Shown: positions 48,703-57,838 of the stretch, in pieces
How positions within the stretch are numbered: the first letter of the stretch is position 1
How the letters are laid out: each line of letters starts with the position of its first letter
NCBI GenBank assembly: GCA_965208835.1
Contig: OZ242358.1
Location: 1,184,001 to 1,248,000, forward strand
Length of the DNA stretch: 64,000 nucleotides
Origin: Candidatus Latescibacterota bacterium
GTDB lineage: Bacteria > Latescibacterota > UBA2968 > GCA-2709665
Direction: 5' to 3'
Position numbers and translations under genes: made by a program
Notes under the pieces: model-generated
Database searches by the model: none
What the model was told of the DNA's origin: nothing
The model's input: the letters and a program-made list of their open reading frames with translations, nothing else

Positions 48703-49473
48703 ATGGCGGAAATCACCGACATCGTAAACGAATTCATCCGCGACGAAATCGAGGAGTTCCTCGAGCGGGAAGACGAACGGGAGCGGGCGATCGCCACGTT
48801 CGCCGAGGTTACTCCCGATATGCAGGCGATTGCCGCGGCCCTGATCGACGGCGACCATCACGAAGTGGACGCGTTGACCAAAGCCGCTCTGGATGCCGGC
48901 ACCGGTGCGCTGGAGGTGATGGACGACGGATTGATCGCGGGAATGGGCATTGTGGGGATCAAATTCCGCGAGAACTTCATCTTCGTTCCGGAAGTGCTGG
49001 CCTGCGCACGTGCGATGAAGGCCGGTATGGCCTATATCGAACCCATTCTGTCCGCGTCGGGCATCGAGCCGATCGGAACGGTAATCATGGGAACTGTAAA
49101 AGGCGACCTGCACGACATCGGAAAGAACCTCTGCATCATGATGCTTCGCGGCGCGGGGTTTGTCGTTCACGATCTGGGGGTGGACACGTCGGAGGACGAA
49201 TTCATGGATGCCGTGGAGGAACACGGCGCACCGCTGCTGGGGATGTCGGCGCTGCTGACGACCACAATGCCCAATATGGGCAAGACGATCGAGGCCTTCA
49301 TCGACGCGGATCTGCGTGAAGACGTGAAGATCATGGTGGGGGGCGCGCCCGTTACGCAGGAATTCGCCGACGATATGGGCGCGGACGGGTACGGCAAAGA
49401 CGCGATGGCGTGCGTGACCCTGGCCAAAGACCTGCTCGACGAGATGAAGGCAGAGACCAACCTGAATGTGTGA
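48703..49473 (+). CDS. Corrinoid (B12-binding) protein
   Basis: Cap domain GLIAGM..VG..F....FVPEV; GDLHDIGKN (DxHxxG), MSALLTTT, VGGAPV. Confidence 0.95.
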   Translation: MAEITDIVNEFIRDEIEEFLEREDERERAIATFAEVTPDMQAIAAALIDGDHHEVDALTKAALDAGTGALEVMDDGLIAGMGIVGIKFRENFIFVPEVLACARAMKAGMAYIEPILSASGIEPIGTVIMGTVKGDLHDIGKNLCIMMLRGAGFVVHDLGVDTSEDEFMDAVEEHGAPLLGMSALLTTTMPNMGKTIEAFIDADLREDVKIMVGGAPVTQEFADDMGADGYGKDAMACVTLAKDLLDEMKAETNLNV

Positions 49474-49479
49474 GCCTAA

Positions 49480-49670
49480 CCTCGATTCGTACGGTTTCGT
49501 GGACGTTAAATCGAATTCATGCAAATTGATAGCGGCGATTAAACTGCGGATTACCAGGATACACCAGGGCACTGGACGTGAACGGAAACAATGTCCCTCC
49601 GGACGACCTTTTCGCCCCGTTTCGGTAGGCTTCGTCGCGTTACCGCGTTGCCGTTTTTTTCGAATTGAGG
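49480..49670. mobile_element. MITE-like repeat family A, copy 3
   Basis: 191 bp, CCTCGATTCG...CGAATTGAGG; flanks CTAA/CTTA. Confidence 0.85.
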
Positions 49671-49676
49671 CTTACC

Positions 49677-49952
49677 GTGCAGAAGATTGACAAAGAGGAA
49701 TATCAGAAGCGTCTGGACAGGATCACGGAACTGTTCGCCGGAATGATCGCCCATGCCGATGAACTTTCAACCGTCCGGTGCCCCTACAAGAACCGTTTCG
49801 ACGAGTGTACCGCCAGGTTCGGCTGCAGAAATCAGCGGAGGCCGCGTCCGGGCGGAACGCTGCTGATGTGCGGTGGAGACGACAAGCTGGACTACCGCGG
49901 CGCGTGGGAAACGGAGACAGAACTTGGCGCATTCGTCGGGAGCGACGAATAG
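49677..49952 (+). CDS. Small Cys-rich hypothetical protein
   Basis: GTG start 6 nt after GAGG; RCPYKN...CTA.FGC.NQ...C; ends 5 nt before the next gene. Confidence 0.65.
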   Translation: MQKIDKEEYQKRLDRITELFAGMIAHADELSTVRCPYKNRFDECTARFGCRNQRRPRPGGTLLMCGGDDKLDYRGAWETETELGAFVGSDE

Positions 49953-49957
49953 TACGC

Positions 49958-51580
49958 ATGGGTACCATATCTCACGACGGAAAGCGGAGGGCCCTGACAG
50001 CCGGAAAGACGGTTTTCGACTATGCGGATGAGCTGGCGGTCCAGGTGCCCACTTCCTGCGGACGCACCGGACACTGTCACGAGTGCGTGGTTGAAATCGG
50101 GTGCGGGATGGAAGCATTGCGGCCACGGAACGACGTGGAGTCGTTCCTGCGGGAGAATTACCGTCTGGCTTGTCTGGCGGTGGTTGAAAACGACGAAGCC
50201 GATATCGAGTTCTCGCCGTTGAGGCGCAAGCCCAAGATTCTCTCACATTCCCTGGAAAGACCGCTGGATCCGGACCCCCTGGTCACGCGCCTGGGGGACG
50301 TTGTTTATTATGACGGCGTCGCCGTCGACAGGTATCGCGGTCACCTTTACGGAATCGCGGTCGATCTGGGCACGACGACGGTGGTCATGGACCTGGTGGA
50401 TCTGGCCACGGGCGAGAGCGTCCACGTGAGTTCGTTCGAGAACCCGCAGCGTTTCGGCGGCAGCGACGTGATGAATCGCATTTCCTACGACGGGGAGTTT
50501 CACGGCGAACTTCAGAAGGCGGCCGTAAACGCGATCAATCACGAAATCCTGGAACTGGGAAGACGATTCGGGTTTGTCCGCCAGGAGATCTACGAGATCG
50601 TCGTGGCGGGAAACTCCACGATGCGGGACATCTTCTTCAAGCTGGACGTTCAGAGCATCGGCCAGAGACCGTACAAATCCCGCGTGGAGCACGCCTGTCT
50701 GGAGGGCGAACGGGAGACGACTTCCCTGCTGGAGGGTTCCAGGCGGCTGGGGCTGCGCGTCAATCCCAGGGCGAGGGTCTACGGGATGCCGCTGATCGCC
50801 AGCCATGTGGGGGCCGATACCGCGGCGGACCTCGTGGCGACGGACCTGACGTCTCAGGATGGCGTGGTGATGCTGGTGGACGTGGGGACCAATACCGAGG
50901 TGGTGGTGCGAAGCCCCGACCGGCTGCTCACCGCCTCCTGCCCGGCGGGGCCCGCGTTCGAGGGCGGGCTGGTCCGGTACGGGATGCCCGGACATGAAGG
51001 CGCTATCGAGTCGATCCGTCTCGAAAACGGCGGGTTCCAATACCGGACCATCGGAAACGTCGAGCCGGAGGGAATGTGCGGGTCCGGGTTGATCGATCTG
51101 CTGGCGGAACTCCGGCGGCACGATCTCATGGCGCCCAAAGGGATGTTTGCCGACCGGTCCTTTGAAATCCCGGTTGTCCCGGATTACGGGATCACGCTGT
51201 CCCGCGAAGACGCCAGCAACCTTGCCCAGGCCAAGGCCGCGAATTTCTGCGGACAGTTCATCCTGATGCGACACCTCGGGGTTGGGCCTGAAGATATCGA
51301 CACGCTATACCTTGCCGGAGGTTTCGCGAATTACGTGAACGTCCGGAACGCGGTCGAGATCGGATTTCTGGCGCCGGTCGAAGAAGAACGCGTGGTTAAG
51401 ACGGGAAATGCGGCGGTCCAGGGGGCGCGGGAGGTCCTGCTGTCGCGCGGGAAACGGGCGTCCGTCGAGGCGCTGGTGAAAGAGATCGAACACGTCGAAC
51501 TCGAAACGACTCCGGACTTCTTCGAGGTGTTCGTGGAAGGCTGCCAGTTCAAGCCGATGCCCTTTTCAAAAGCCGGGTAG
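49958..51580 (+). CDS. ASKHA-domain reductive activator of corrinoid proteins (RamA/RACo, DUF4445-like) with N-terminal 2Fe-2S domain
   Basis: SCGRTGHCHEC...RLAC, DLGTTT, NPQ..G.DV..RI, DVGTNTE, AGPAFEG, CGSG, LAGGF. Confidence 0.92.
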   Translation: MGTISHDGKRRALTAGKTVFDYADELAVQVPTSCGRTGHCHECVVEIGCGMEALRPRNDVESFLRENYRLACLAVVENDEADIEFSPLRRKPKILSHSLERPLDPDPLVTRLGDVVYYDGVAVDRYRGHLYGIAVDLGTTTVVMDLVDLATGESVHVSSFENPQRFGGSDVMNRISYDGEFHGELQKAAVNAINHEILELGRRFGFVRQEIYEIVVAGNSTMRDIFFKLDVQSIGQRPYKSRVEHACLEGERETTSLLEGSRRLGLRVNPRARVYGMPLIASHVGADTAADLVATDLTSQDGVVMLVDVGTNTEVVVRSPDRLLTASCPAGPAFEGGLVRYGMPGHEGAIESIRLENGGFQYRTIGNVEPEGMCGSGLIDLLAELRRHDLMAPKGMFADRSFEIPVVPDYGITLSREDASNLAQAKAANFCGQFILMRHLGVGPEDIDTLYLAGGFANYVNVRNAVEIGFLAPVEEERVVKTGNAAVQGAREVLLSRGKRASVEALVKEIEHVELETTPDFFEVFVEGCQFKPMPFSKAG

Positions 51581-51703
51581 ACGCAAGACGTAAGACGGGA
51601 GAAGAAATCCTCGCCGGGTATGTTATACCTTCTTGCCTCCGGCATGAGAGGAAGCCTTTCAAGGCAGGTCATCTCTACCCTCTTCCGTCTCCCGTCTTAC
51701 CGC
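51575..51703 (+). repeat. Intergenic repeat family D, copy 1 (heptamer-flanked hairpin)
   Basis: Aligns end to end with the reverse complement of 59941-60068. Purine-rich 7-mers on the left pair with pyrimidine-rich 7-mers on the right (GTAAGACGGGAGA/TCTCCCGTCTTAC). Confidence 0.75.
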
Positions 51704-51754
51704 TTCTAAGGGGCCGTGTGGCAAGGTCCCCCGCAAAAACACGAGTGAGTTCGC

Positions 51755-53356
51755 ATGGCGGCAACTTTAGGAAAGTCAGATCCAGCCGGCGTCGATGGGC
51801 AGAGACAGTCCCTGCGCCATTTGCTCGAGGAAACGGACGCGTTCGTCGTCTGCGTGGAACTGGTCAATTCCCGGGGCGTGATCACCGAACGCCGCGGGCG
51901 ACGCGTCCTCGACCTCGCGCGGGCGCTGGCCGACCACCCCGGCGTACACGCACTGAGCATCACGGACAATCCCGGCGGGAACGCCACAAACAGCCCGGAC
52001 GCGATGGGAATGGACCTGCTGGGCCGGGGCAAGGAAGTCATCATTCACCTGTCGTGCAAGGACTGGAACCGGAATGCGCTGCTCAGCCGGGGCTGGGAGC
52101 TGGCAAGCGAAGGATTCGAAAACGTGCTTGCGCTCTCCGGCGACTACCCCGCAACCGGATATCACGGGCAGGCGGGCGCCGTGTTCGATACGGATTCGGT
52201 CGGCCTCCTGAAGATGCTCTCAGAGATGAATTCAGGCATGCGGCTCGAAGGCGTCAGAGGCGATCAGGTCCTGAAGCCTACACGTTTCTTCCTCGGCGCG
52301 GTGGTAAACAACCACAAGCGATACGAACGCGAGGTGATGCCGCAGTACTTCAAGCTGGAAAAAAAGATCCGGAACGGCGCGGAGTTCATCATCAACCAGA
52401 TCGGGTACGACACCCGCAAGCAGCACGAACTGTTGAAGTACATGGCCCGTTGCGGCCTCCGCACACCGGCGATTGCAAACGTGTACGTGCTGAGCCCCGC
52501 CTCGGCCAGGTTCTTCCACGGAGGAAATATCCCCGGCGTGATCGTAACCGACGAGTTGCTTGAACTCACGGCGAAGCACGCCCGCTCCCGCGACAAGGGC
52601 AAGGCTTTCTTTCTGGAGTTCGCCGCGAAGCAGTGCGCAATAGCCCGGGGGTTGGGGTACCGCGGGGTGTACCTTGGGGGGCACCTGAAGTTCGAGGACT
52701 ATGCGCGGATCCTGGACATCTGCGGCGGCTACGGAGACGCGGACTGGAAAGACTTCGCTTCCGAGATTTGCTTCCAGCAGCCGGAAGAGTTCTTCTTTTT
52801 TGAACCAGACAGGGAAACGGGGCTGAGTTCGGACGAGGTCAACCGCGCGTATCGTCATTCGAAGCAACCCGAGGTGTTGCGGGCGGCCAGAAGCCGCGTA
52901 TCCACGGCCTACAAGATCAACCGCTTCGTGCACGAACAGGTCTTCGAGAAGGATCGTCCGGCCTTTCGCATCGGCAGAAGGTTCTTCGAGGCCGTCGACC
53001 GCGCCGGAAGCAGGGTGCGCAGGGCTTTGCACGGCGCCGAGCAGGCGGTGAAGATTCCGTGCTTCGATTGCCGGGACTGCGGCGATTGTTCGCTTCCGGA
53101 TATCGCGTTCCTCTGTCCCGAGTCGCAGTGCGTCAAGAATCAGCGAAACGGCCCCTGCGGCGGGACCCGCCGGGGACTGTGCGAAGTGGGGGACAAGGAA
53201 TGTATCTGGTCGCTGGCCTACGAACGCCTCAAGGCGTACGGCGAGGAAGAGACGATGCTGGACGGGCCGGTGGTCTTCAGAAACGGCGCCCTCAAAGGCA
53301 CCAGCGCCTGGGCGAACGCGTTTCTGGACCGGGACCACCACGCGCGCAAGGAGTGA
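51755..53356 (+). CDS. Methylene-THF reductase (MetF-like) fused to a C-terminal Cys-rich MetV-like domain
   Basis: SITDNPGG, HLSCKD.NR, LALSGDYP; C-terminal CRDCGDC...CPESQC.KNQRNGPCGG...CEV...CIW. Confidence 0.85.
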   Translation: MAATLGKSDPAGVDGQRQSLRHLLEETDAFVVCVELVNSRGVITERRGRRVLDLARALADHPGVHALSITDNPGGNATNSPDAMGMDLLGRGKEVIIHLSCKDWNRNALLSRGWELASEGFENVLALSGDYPATGYHGQAGAVFDTDSVGLLKMLSEMNSGMRLEGVRGDQVLKPTRFFLGAVVNNHKRYEREVMPQYFKLEKKIRNGAEFIINQIGYDTRKQHELLKYMARCGLRTPAIANVYVLSPASARFFHGGNIPGVIVTDELLELTAKHARSRDKGKAFFLEFAAKQCAIARGLGYRGVYLGGHLKFEDYARILDICGGYGDADWKDFASEICFQQPEEFFFFEPDRETGLSSDEVNRAYRHSKQPEVLRAARSRVSTAYKINRFVHEQVFEKDRPAFRIGRRFFEAVDRAGSRVRRALHGAEQAVKIPCFDCRDCGDCSLPDIAFLCPESQCVKNQRNGPCGGTRRGLCEVGDKECIWSLAYERLKAYGEEETMLDGPVVFRNGALKGTSAWANAFLDRDHHARKE

Positions 53357-53366
53357 GGGGAATACA

Positions 53367-54413
53367 ATGAAACTGGATGGACGGGACGGCGAGTTTATCG
53401 TCATCGGTGAAAACATCCACACGACACGGATTGTCCTGAGAAAGGGACGACTCGTCGTGAAGAACCCCGATGGGTTGGAGGCGGTCCGCTATTACGACAC
53501 CCGCAAGAAGCGGCGCTTCCTGACGATTCCCGACGATTTCAAGCGGACGCAGGACTATGAAGAAGGGCGCGTCAAGTACGTCAAGATCGCGGTGCAGGCG
53601 GCGATGTCCGGCCTCGCGCCACAGGCGGAAGACGGGCAGGCGTACCTGCACCGGATGATTCAGCGCCAGGTGGAAGCGGGAGCGGACTACCTGGATCTGA
53701 ACGTGGACGAGGTCTCACTGCGACTGGACGAACAGAAGAAGGCCATGCGATGGCTGGTGGGCGCCGTTCAGGAGGTAAGCCCCGTTCCGATATCCGTTGA
53801 CTCCTCCAATGTGGAGACCATTGGAGAAGGACTCGGGGCCTGCAACGGCGGGACTGGACGGCCGCTGCTGAACTCGGCCTCGCTGGAACGCCTGGAGGCG
53901 CTGGACCTGGCCTTGAGGTTCAACGCCAGGGTTGTCGTGACGGCCGCCGGCGAGAGCGGAATGCCCCAGGACGCGGAGGAGCGGGTCGAGAACGCGTCGC
54001 GGATGGTGGACGCGGCGCTGTCGAGAGGGATCGCGATCGAGGATATTTTCGTGGATGCCCTGGTCTTTCCGATATCGGTGGACGGCGGTTTCGGCAACCA
54101 TTGCTTCGAGGCCATTCGCAGGCTTCGAGCGGGATTCGGCCCAGGGATTCACGTCACGGGCGGATTCAGCAACGTTTCGTTCGGGCTGCCGTGCCGGCGC
54201 CTGATCAACGACGTGTTCACGATTCTGGCCGTCGAGGCCGGAGCCGACAGCGGGATCGTCGACCCGGTCACCAGCAGCCCGCAGCGTATATTCACCCTGG
54301 ACCGGGATACGGAACCGTACCGGCTCGCGGAAGACATGCTTCTGGGCAGGGATCGCATGTGCAAGGCCTTTCTGCGTGCGTATCGGAAGGGTGCGCTGGA
54401 CGCTTACCGTTAA
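53367..54413 (+). CDS. Pterin-binding methyl-THF:corrinoid methyltransferase (AcsE/MetH folate-domain-like)
   Basis: IVIGENI, GADYLDLN, SVDSS, LLNS, GGFSNVSFGLP.R..IN; TAA stop lies in the A4 target duplication. Confidence 0.88.
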   Translation: MKLDGRDGEFIVIGENIHTTRIVLRKGRLVVKNPDGLEAVRYYDTRKKRRFLTIPDDFKRTQDYEEGRVKYVKIAVQAAMSGLAPQAEDGQAYLHRMIQRQVEAGADYLDLNVDEVSLRLDEQKKAMRWLVGAVQEVSPVPISVDSSNVETIGEGLGACNGGTGRPLLNSASLERLEALDLALRFNARVVVTAAGESGMPQDAEERVENASRMVDAALSRGIAIEDIFVDALVFPISVDGGFGNHCFEAIRRLRAGFGPGIHVTGGFSNVSFGLPCRRLINDVFTILAVEAGADSGIVDPVTSSPQRIFTLDRDTEPYRLAEDMLLGRDRMCKAFLRAYRKGALDAYR

Positions 54414-54603
54414 CCTTGATTCGTAAGTTTTCGCGGACGTTAATTCGAATAAGTGCAAGTTAATAAAGGCGATTAGAAGGCTGATTACCGGGATAAACCA
54501 GGTCACTGGACGTGAACGGAAGAAATGCCCTTCCGGACGACGTTTGCTCCCCGTTTCGGAGGGCTTTATCACGACGCCCGGTCGCTGTTTTTTCGAATTG
54601 GGG
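54414..54603. mobile_element. MITE-like repeat family A, copy 4
   Basis: 190 bp, CCTTGATTCG...CGAATTGGGG; perfect TTAA/TTAA duplication. Confidence 0.88.
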
Positions 54604-54633
54604 TTAATTCATTGAGGAGGAATCGGGGAGGAG

Positions 54634-55713
54634 ATGAAGACATTTCTCGATCGGATGGAAGACGCCCGGCCTATGGTTTACGACGGGGGATTCGGTTCGG
54701 AGTTGTTCAAGGGGCGCATCGAACTGACGAACAGCGCGCTCGCGAATGAACTGCATCCCGCTGCAGTGGTCGATATCCATGCCGCCTATATTGAAGCGGG
54801 GACCGACGTCATCGGCACGAACACATTCGTGGCTTCGCCACTGCACCTGGAAATGGCTGGGAAAGCCGCGAACGACGCCGGAAAGATTGCCAGGCTGGCT
54901 GTGGAACACGCGAAAACGGCGGTCGAAGTGAGCGAAAGGGAGGTCTATATCGCGGGGTCCGTCGGACCGTCTCCCGGGGCTATCGAGTCGGACGCGGGCG
55001 ATACCGACTTCGGCATCGCGGACGTGAAGGTAAGGGATGCGCACGAGCAGGTCATCCACGCGCTCGCGCAGGCCGGGGTGGACCTGATCTGCATCGAGAC
55101 CATGTTTTCCGCAAAGGAGGCCGCCATTGCGGCTGACGTGGCCCGGAAGACCGGATTGCCCGTCGCGATCAACCTCACGTGCAAGTACACGAAGGACCGG
55201 AAAACCGGCGAGGTGATCTACCGGACGGACTGGGGGCATTCGCCGGGCGATCTTCTGGATTTCCTCGGTTCCGGCGAGTTTTCGGACGGTGACAATCTGC
55301 TGGAGCACGTAGGGATCGTCGGGATGAATTGCGGAGCGGAGACCCGGCGGGTGGAACATACGGGGATGGCTTACGCGATCAACGGAATCCGGCAGTTCAG
55401 AGACGCAATGGTGTCGCGGGGCGTCGAGGGGATCGGGCTGATGGCCTATCCCAACGCGGGGCTTCCGCAGCTGGAGCGAAAGACTGGACGGACGACGTAT
55501 TCTCAGACCGCCGCGGACATGGTGCAGTCCGTGCCCGAGTTGATTGACAGCGGCGCCGCCATCATCGGAGGCTGTTGCGGGACCGGACCGTCGCACATTC
55601 GGGCGTTCCACGGCGTGATGAACGGGGGTCAGGGAAAGACAGGGAGCGGCGGCAGGGGTCCCGGCATACACATCCGGCAAGACGATGGGAACGGCCGCGG
55701 GAAGAAGGGGTGA
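54634..55713 (+). CDS. Homocysteine S-methyltransferase (stand-alone MetH Hcy-binding domain-like)
   Basis: DGGFGSEL, H..YI.AG.D.I.TNTF, GMNCG, YPNAGLP, IGGCCGT.P.HI Zn ligands. Confidence 0.92.
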   Translation: MKTFLDRMEDARPMVYDGGFGSELFKGRIELTNSALANELHPAAVVDIHAAYIEAGTDVIGTNTFVASPLHLEMAGKAANDAGKIARLAVEHAKTAVEVSEREVYIAGSVGPSPGAIESDAGDTDFGIADVKVRDAHEQVIHALAQAGVDLICIETMFSAKEAAIAADVARKTGLPVAINLTCKYTKDRKTGEVIYRTDWGHSPGDLLDFLGSGEFSDGDNLLEHVGIVGMNCGAETRRVEHTGMAYAINGIRQFRDAMVSRGVEGIGLMAYPNAGLPQLERKTGRTTYSQTAADMVQSVPELIDSGAAIIGGCCGTGPSHIRAFHGVMNGGQGKTGSGGRGPGIHIRQDDGNGRGKKG

Positions 55714-55716
55714 ACG

Positions 55717-55989
55717 GTGGCCGAATACCAGGTGTTGTACTGGAAGGACATTCCCGCGCAGGTGCGGGTCTTCGACGGAAAGCGTCGCGTCGCCCGGCAG
55801 ATGCCCCCGGAATTCCAGGAGGCGATAGACCGGCGGGCGATGGCGGAGGGCCTGGCCGGAACGGACGCGTACCTGGCGCACTGGCACTGGAGCGAGCGGC
55901 GGGATCGTCCGGGCGACCCGCAGGCGGTCCTGCTGGCCGTTTCAGAAGAGCTTGAACGGACTTACGACGATCAGGGCGGTGAGGTATAA
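55717..55989 (+). CDS. Small 'Virulence_fact' (PF13769-like) domain protein
   Basis: YWKDIPAQV...FQEAIDRRAM..G..GTDAYLA.W motif; this domain is typically found near split methionine synthase/metF genes. Confidence 0.75.
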   Translation: MAEYQVLYWKDIPAQVRVFDGKRRVARQMPPEFQEAIDRRAMAEGLAGTDAYLAHWHWSERRDRPGDPQAVLLAVSEELERTYDDQGGEV

Positions 55990-56013
55990 AGGAACAACCC
56001 CAGGGTTGGCATT

Positions 56014-56049
56014 AAAAGAAGGGAGCCGGATTTTCCGGCTCCCTTTTTT
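56014..56049. terminator. Bidirectional intrinsic terminator
   Basis: AAGGGAGCCGGA-ttt-TCCGGCTCCCTT with A and T tails, between convergent operons. Confidence 0.88.
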
Positions 56050-56074
56050 GTCTTCGACAGTGCGCGACAACGCC

Positions 56075-57658
56075 CTACAACACCCCTGCCCCCTGAACAG
56101 GAGACGCGACGGTGAGTCTTTCCTGGATCCCGCGCGGCCGGTAGTACCGCGCCCGCATGGCTTCGATGATTCCCTTGACGCCTCCTGACTCCACGAGGAC
56201 CATCATGCTGCCTCCCAGGCCGGCGCCGGAAATCTGCGCGCCCACCGCTCCCGCATCAATTGCAAGGTCGACCATCTCGTCGATTTCGGGGATGCTGCAG
56301 TTGTAGTCGCCCGGCTGGAGGTGCAGGTCATTCGTCGGGTCGAATCGGGGCGCGTCCAGGTCGATGCGGTCGCCGTCGTGGGAGACGTTCATCAGTTGCC
56401 CGTACAGGTCCACGCGGTTCCTGTTGAGTACGTCCTTGAGATTTCTGCTTCGCGCGGATTCGGCGATGCCGTAGGCGATGACCATGCGAATCTCGTAGCC
56501 GCCGGCCGGTTCATCGTGGGTGGCGAACTGCTGTTTGAGAAATGCTTCCTGGTCCGGTAGCTGGCGCAGGAGCTCACGCCGGTCGATCCGTTCCGGCAGG
56601 GATTGTATCAGCGCGTAGATCTCTGGTTGGTCGAGACATTCGATAACGTCGCCGAGGTGGAACTTTTTCTCGATATCCAGATCCTTCCTGGACGCCACTA
56701 CGCACCGGATCGCATCGGAGTGGTGCGTTTCGAGATAGCTTCGGAGATAGACCTCTCCGATTTCATACGTCGCCGTCTTTTCGTTGAATTTCTGCCCCGC
56801 GCCGCCGGTTTTGTTCGCCTGTATGCCGGAGTCGAAGATGATGATCTGGTATCCGTCAGGGAACGGAAGATAGGCGTCGATCATCAATTCCGGGAGCGTC
56901 TTCATGTGGGTGATTCTTCCGAGTTGCCCGCACTTGATCGCAGCGTGGTCGCCGAATCCACCGCGCGTTCCCACGTACCACTCCGCGGTGCCCGCGTACC
57001 TCACGAACTGCCCGTCGTCCAGGTCGATATCGTTGATGCAAGTCATGATTTCGGTGGTCGCGACGATGACCGCGGACGAAGAGCTCAGTCCGCCCATGTC
57101 GGGAAGGCTGCTGCCCATCACCCCGTCAAAGCCCCTGAGTTGACTTTCGGGATAGCGGGTATGGAGGTAGGCCGGCGGCGCCTGAAGCTTGGTCACCCAG
57201 TCTTCGTTCACGCCCGCCGACTTGCGTTCGTCGGTCTTTTGCTGCGTCCATTCCAGCCACTCGGCGTCAGAACGGATTGGCGCGTCCGGACAAATATCGC
57301 ACATGTGGAAGCTGCGGGTTCCGTAGACGGGATCCAGATTGCGCACTTCCACGCGGTCGTCGTCTCTGCGGGAGAAACAGATGAGAATCTCTTTGTCGAG
57401 GGAGATGGGGTTGATGAAGGCGCCGCGGTGGTCGGCGTGCATGCCCACCGTGTTCAGCCTGCCCGGCGCCCTGACGAAACTGACGTCCCTCTCGCCGAAG
57501 GCCTCGCTGAATCGCATGGCGGTTTCCAGGAGCGCGTCGAGACGCTCTTCAATCAGGCTTTCATTGCTGCCGTAGATGGACTCCAGCCGCGAGATCAGTT
57601 CACGGCTGCGACTCCGAATCGCCTGGATCCAATGATGCGTGTTCTTCTGGCCAATCAT
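56075..57658 (-). CDS. Galactokinase-like GHMP sugar kinase
   Basis: RAPGRLN..G.H.D, GGLSSSSA, GAQISGAGLGG. Confidence 0.85.
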   Translation of the reverse strand: MIGQKNTHHWIQAIRSRSRELISRLESIYGSNESLIEERLDALLETAMRFSEAFGERDVSFVRAPGRLNTVGMHADHRGAFINPISLDKEILICFSRRDDDRVEVRNLDPVYGTRSFHMCDICPDAPIRSDAEWLEWTQQKTDERKSAGVNEDWVTKLQAPPAYLHTRYPESQLRGFDGVMGSSLPDMGGLSSSSAVIVATTEIMTCINDIDLDDGQFVRYAGTAEWYVGTRGGFGDHAAIKCGQLGRITHMKTLPELMIDAYLPFPDGYQIIIFDSGIQANKTGGAGQKFNEKTATYEIGEVYLRSYLETHHSDAIRCVVASRKDLDIEKKFHLGDVIECLDQPEIYALIQSLPERIDRRELLRQLPDQEAFLKQQFATHDEPAGGYEIRMVIAYGIAESARSRNLKDVLNRNRVDLYGQLMNVSHDGDRIDLDAPRFDPTNDLHLQPGDYNCSIPEIDEMVDLAIDAGAVGAQISGAGLGGSMMVLVESGGVKGIIEAMRARYYRPRGIQERLTVASPVQGAGVL

Positions 57659-57838
57659 CCAGTCGTCCTCTCAAGGGGGGAGCAATTGGCTCGTCAAACG
57701 GGTATTGGCGTTCGCTTCCACCCATCGGGCTGCGGCTGAGCACATCGAAATCCCGCCAAAGGAACTCAAAAAGAAAAAGACAACGCCTCCGTTGAAATCG
57801 AGAAGCGTTGTCGTTTCTTGCCCGGCAGAGACAGCATA

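Noticed and set aside
53367-54413. Dihydropteroate synthase (folP)
   Set aside because: The SNVSFGLP motif and corrinoid context indicate a methyl-THF-binding methyltransferase.
2254-54572. Minus-strand ORFs sharing RPVTWCILVIR...TKTYESRL (2254, 6795, 48619, 53715) as a small protein family
   Set aside because: The similarity is explained by the DNA repeat A. Starts and stops are inconsistent, and the ORFs run antisense into real genes.
41369-55887. Long antisense ORFs (e.g. 41369-42670, 50243-51274, 52232-53422, 54604-55887)
   Set aside because: Shadow frames of GC-rich genes with no recognisable motifs.
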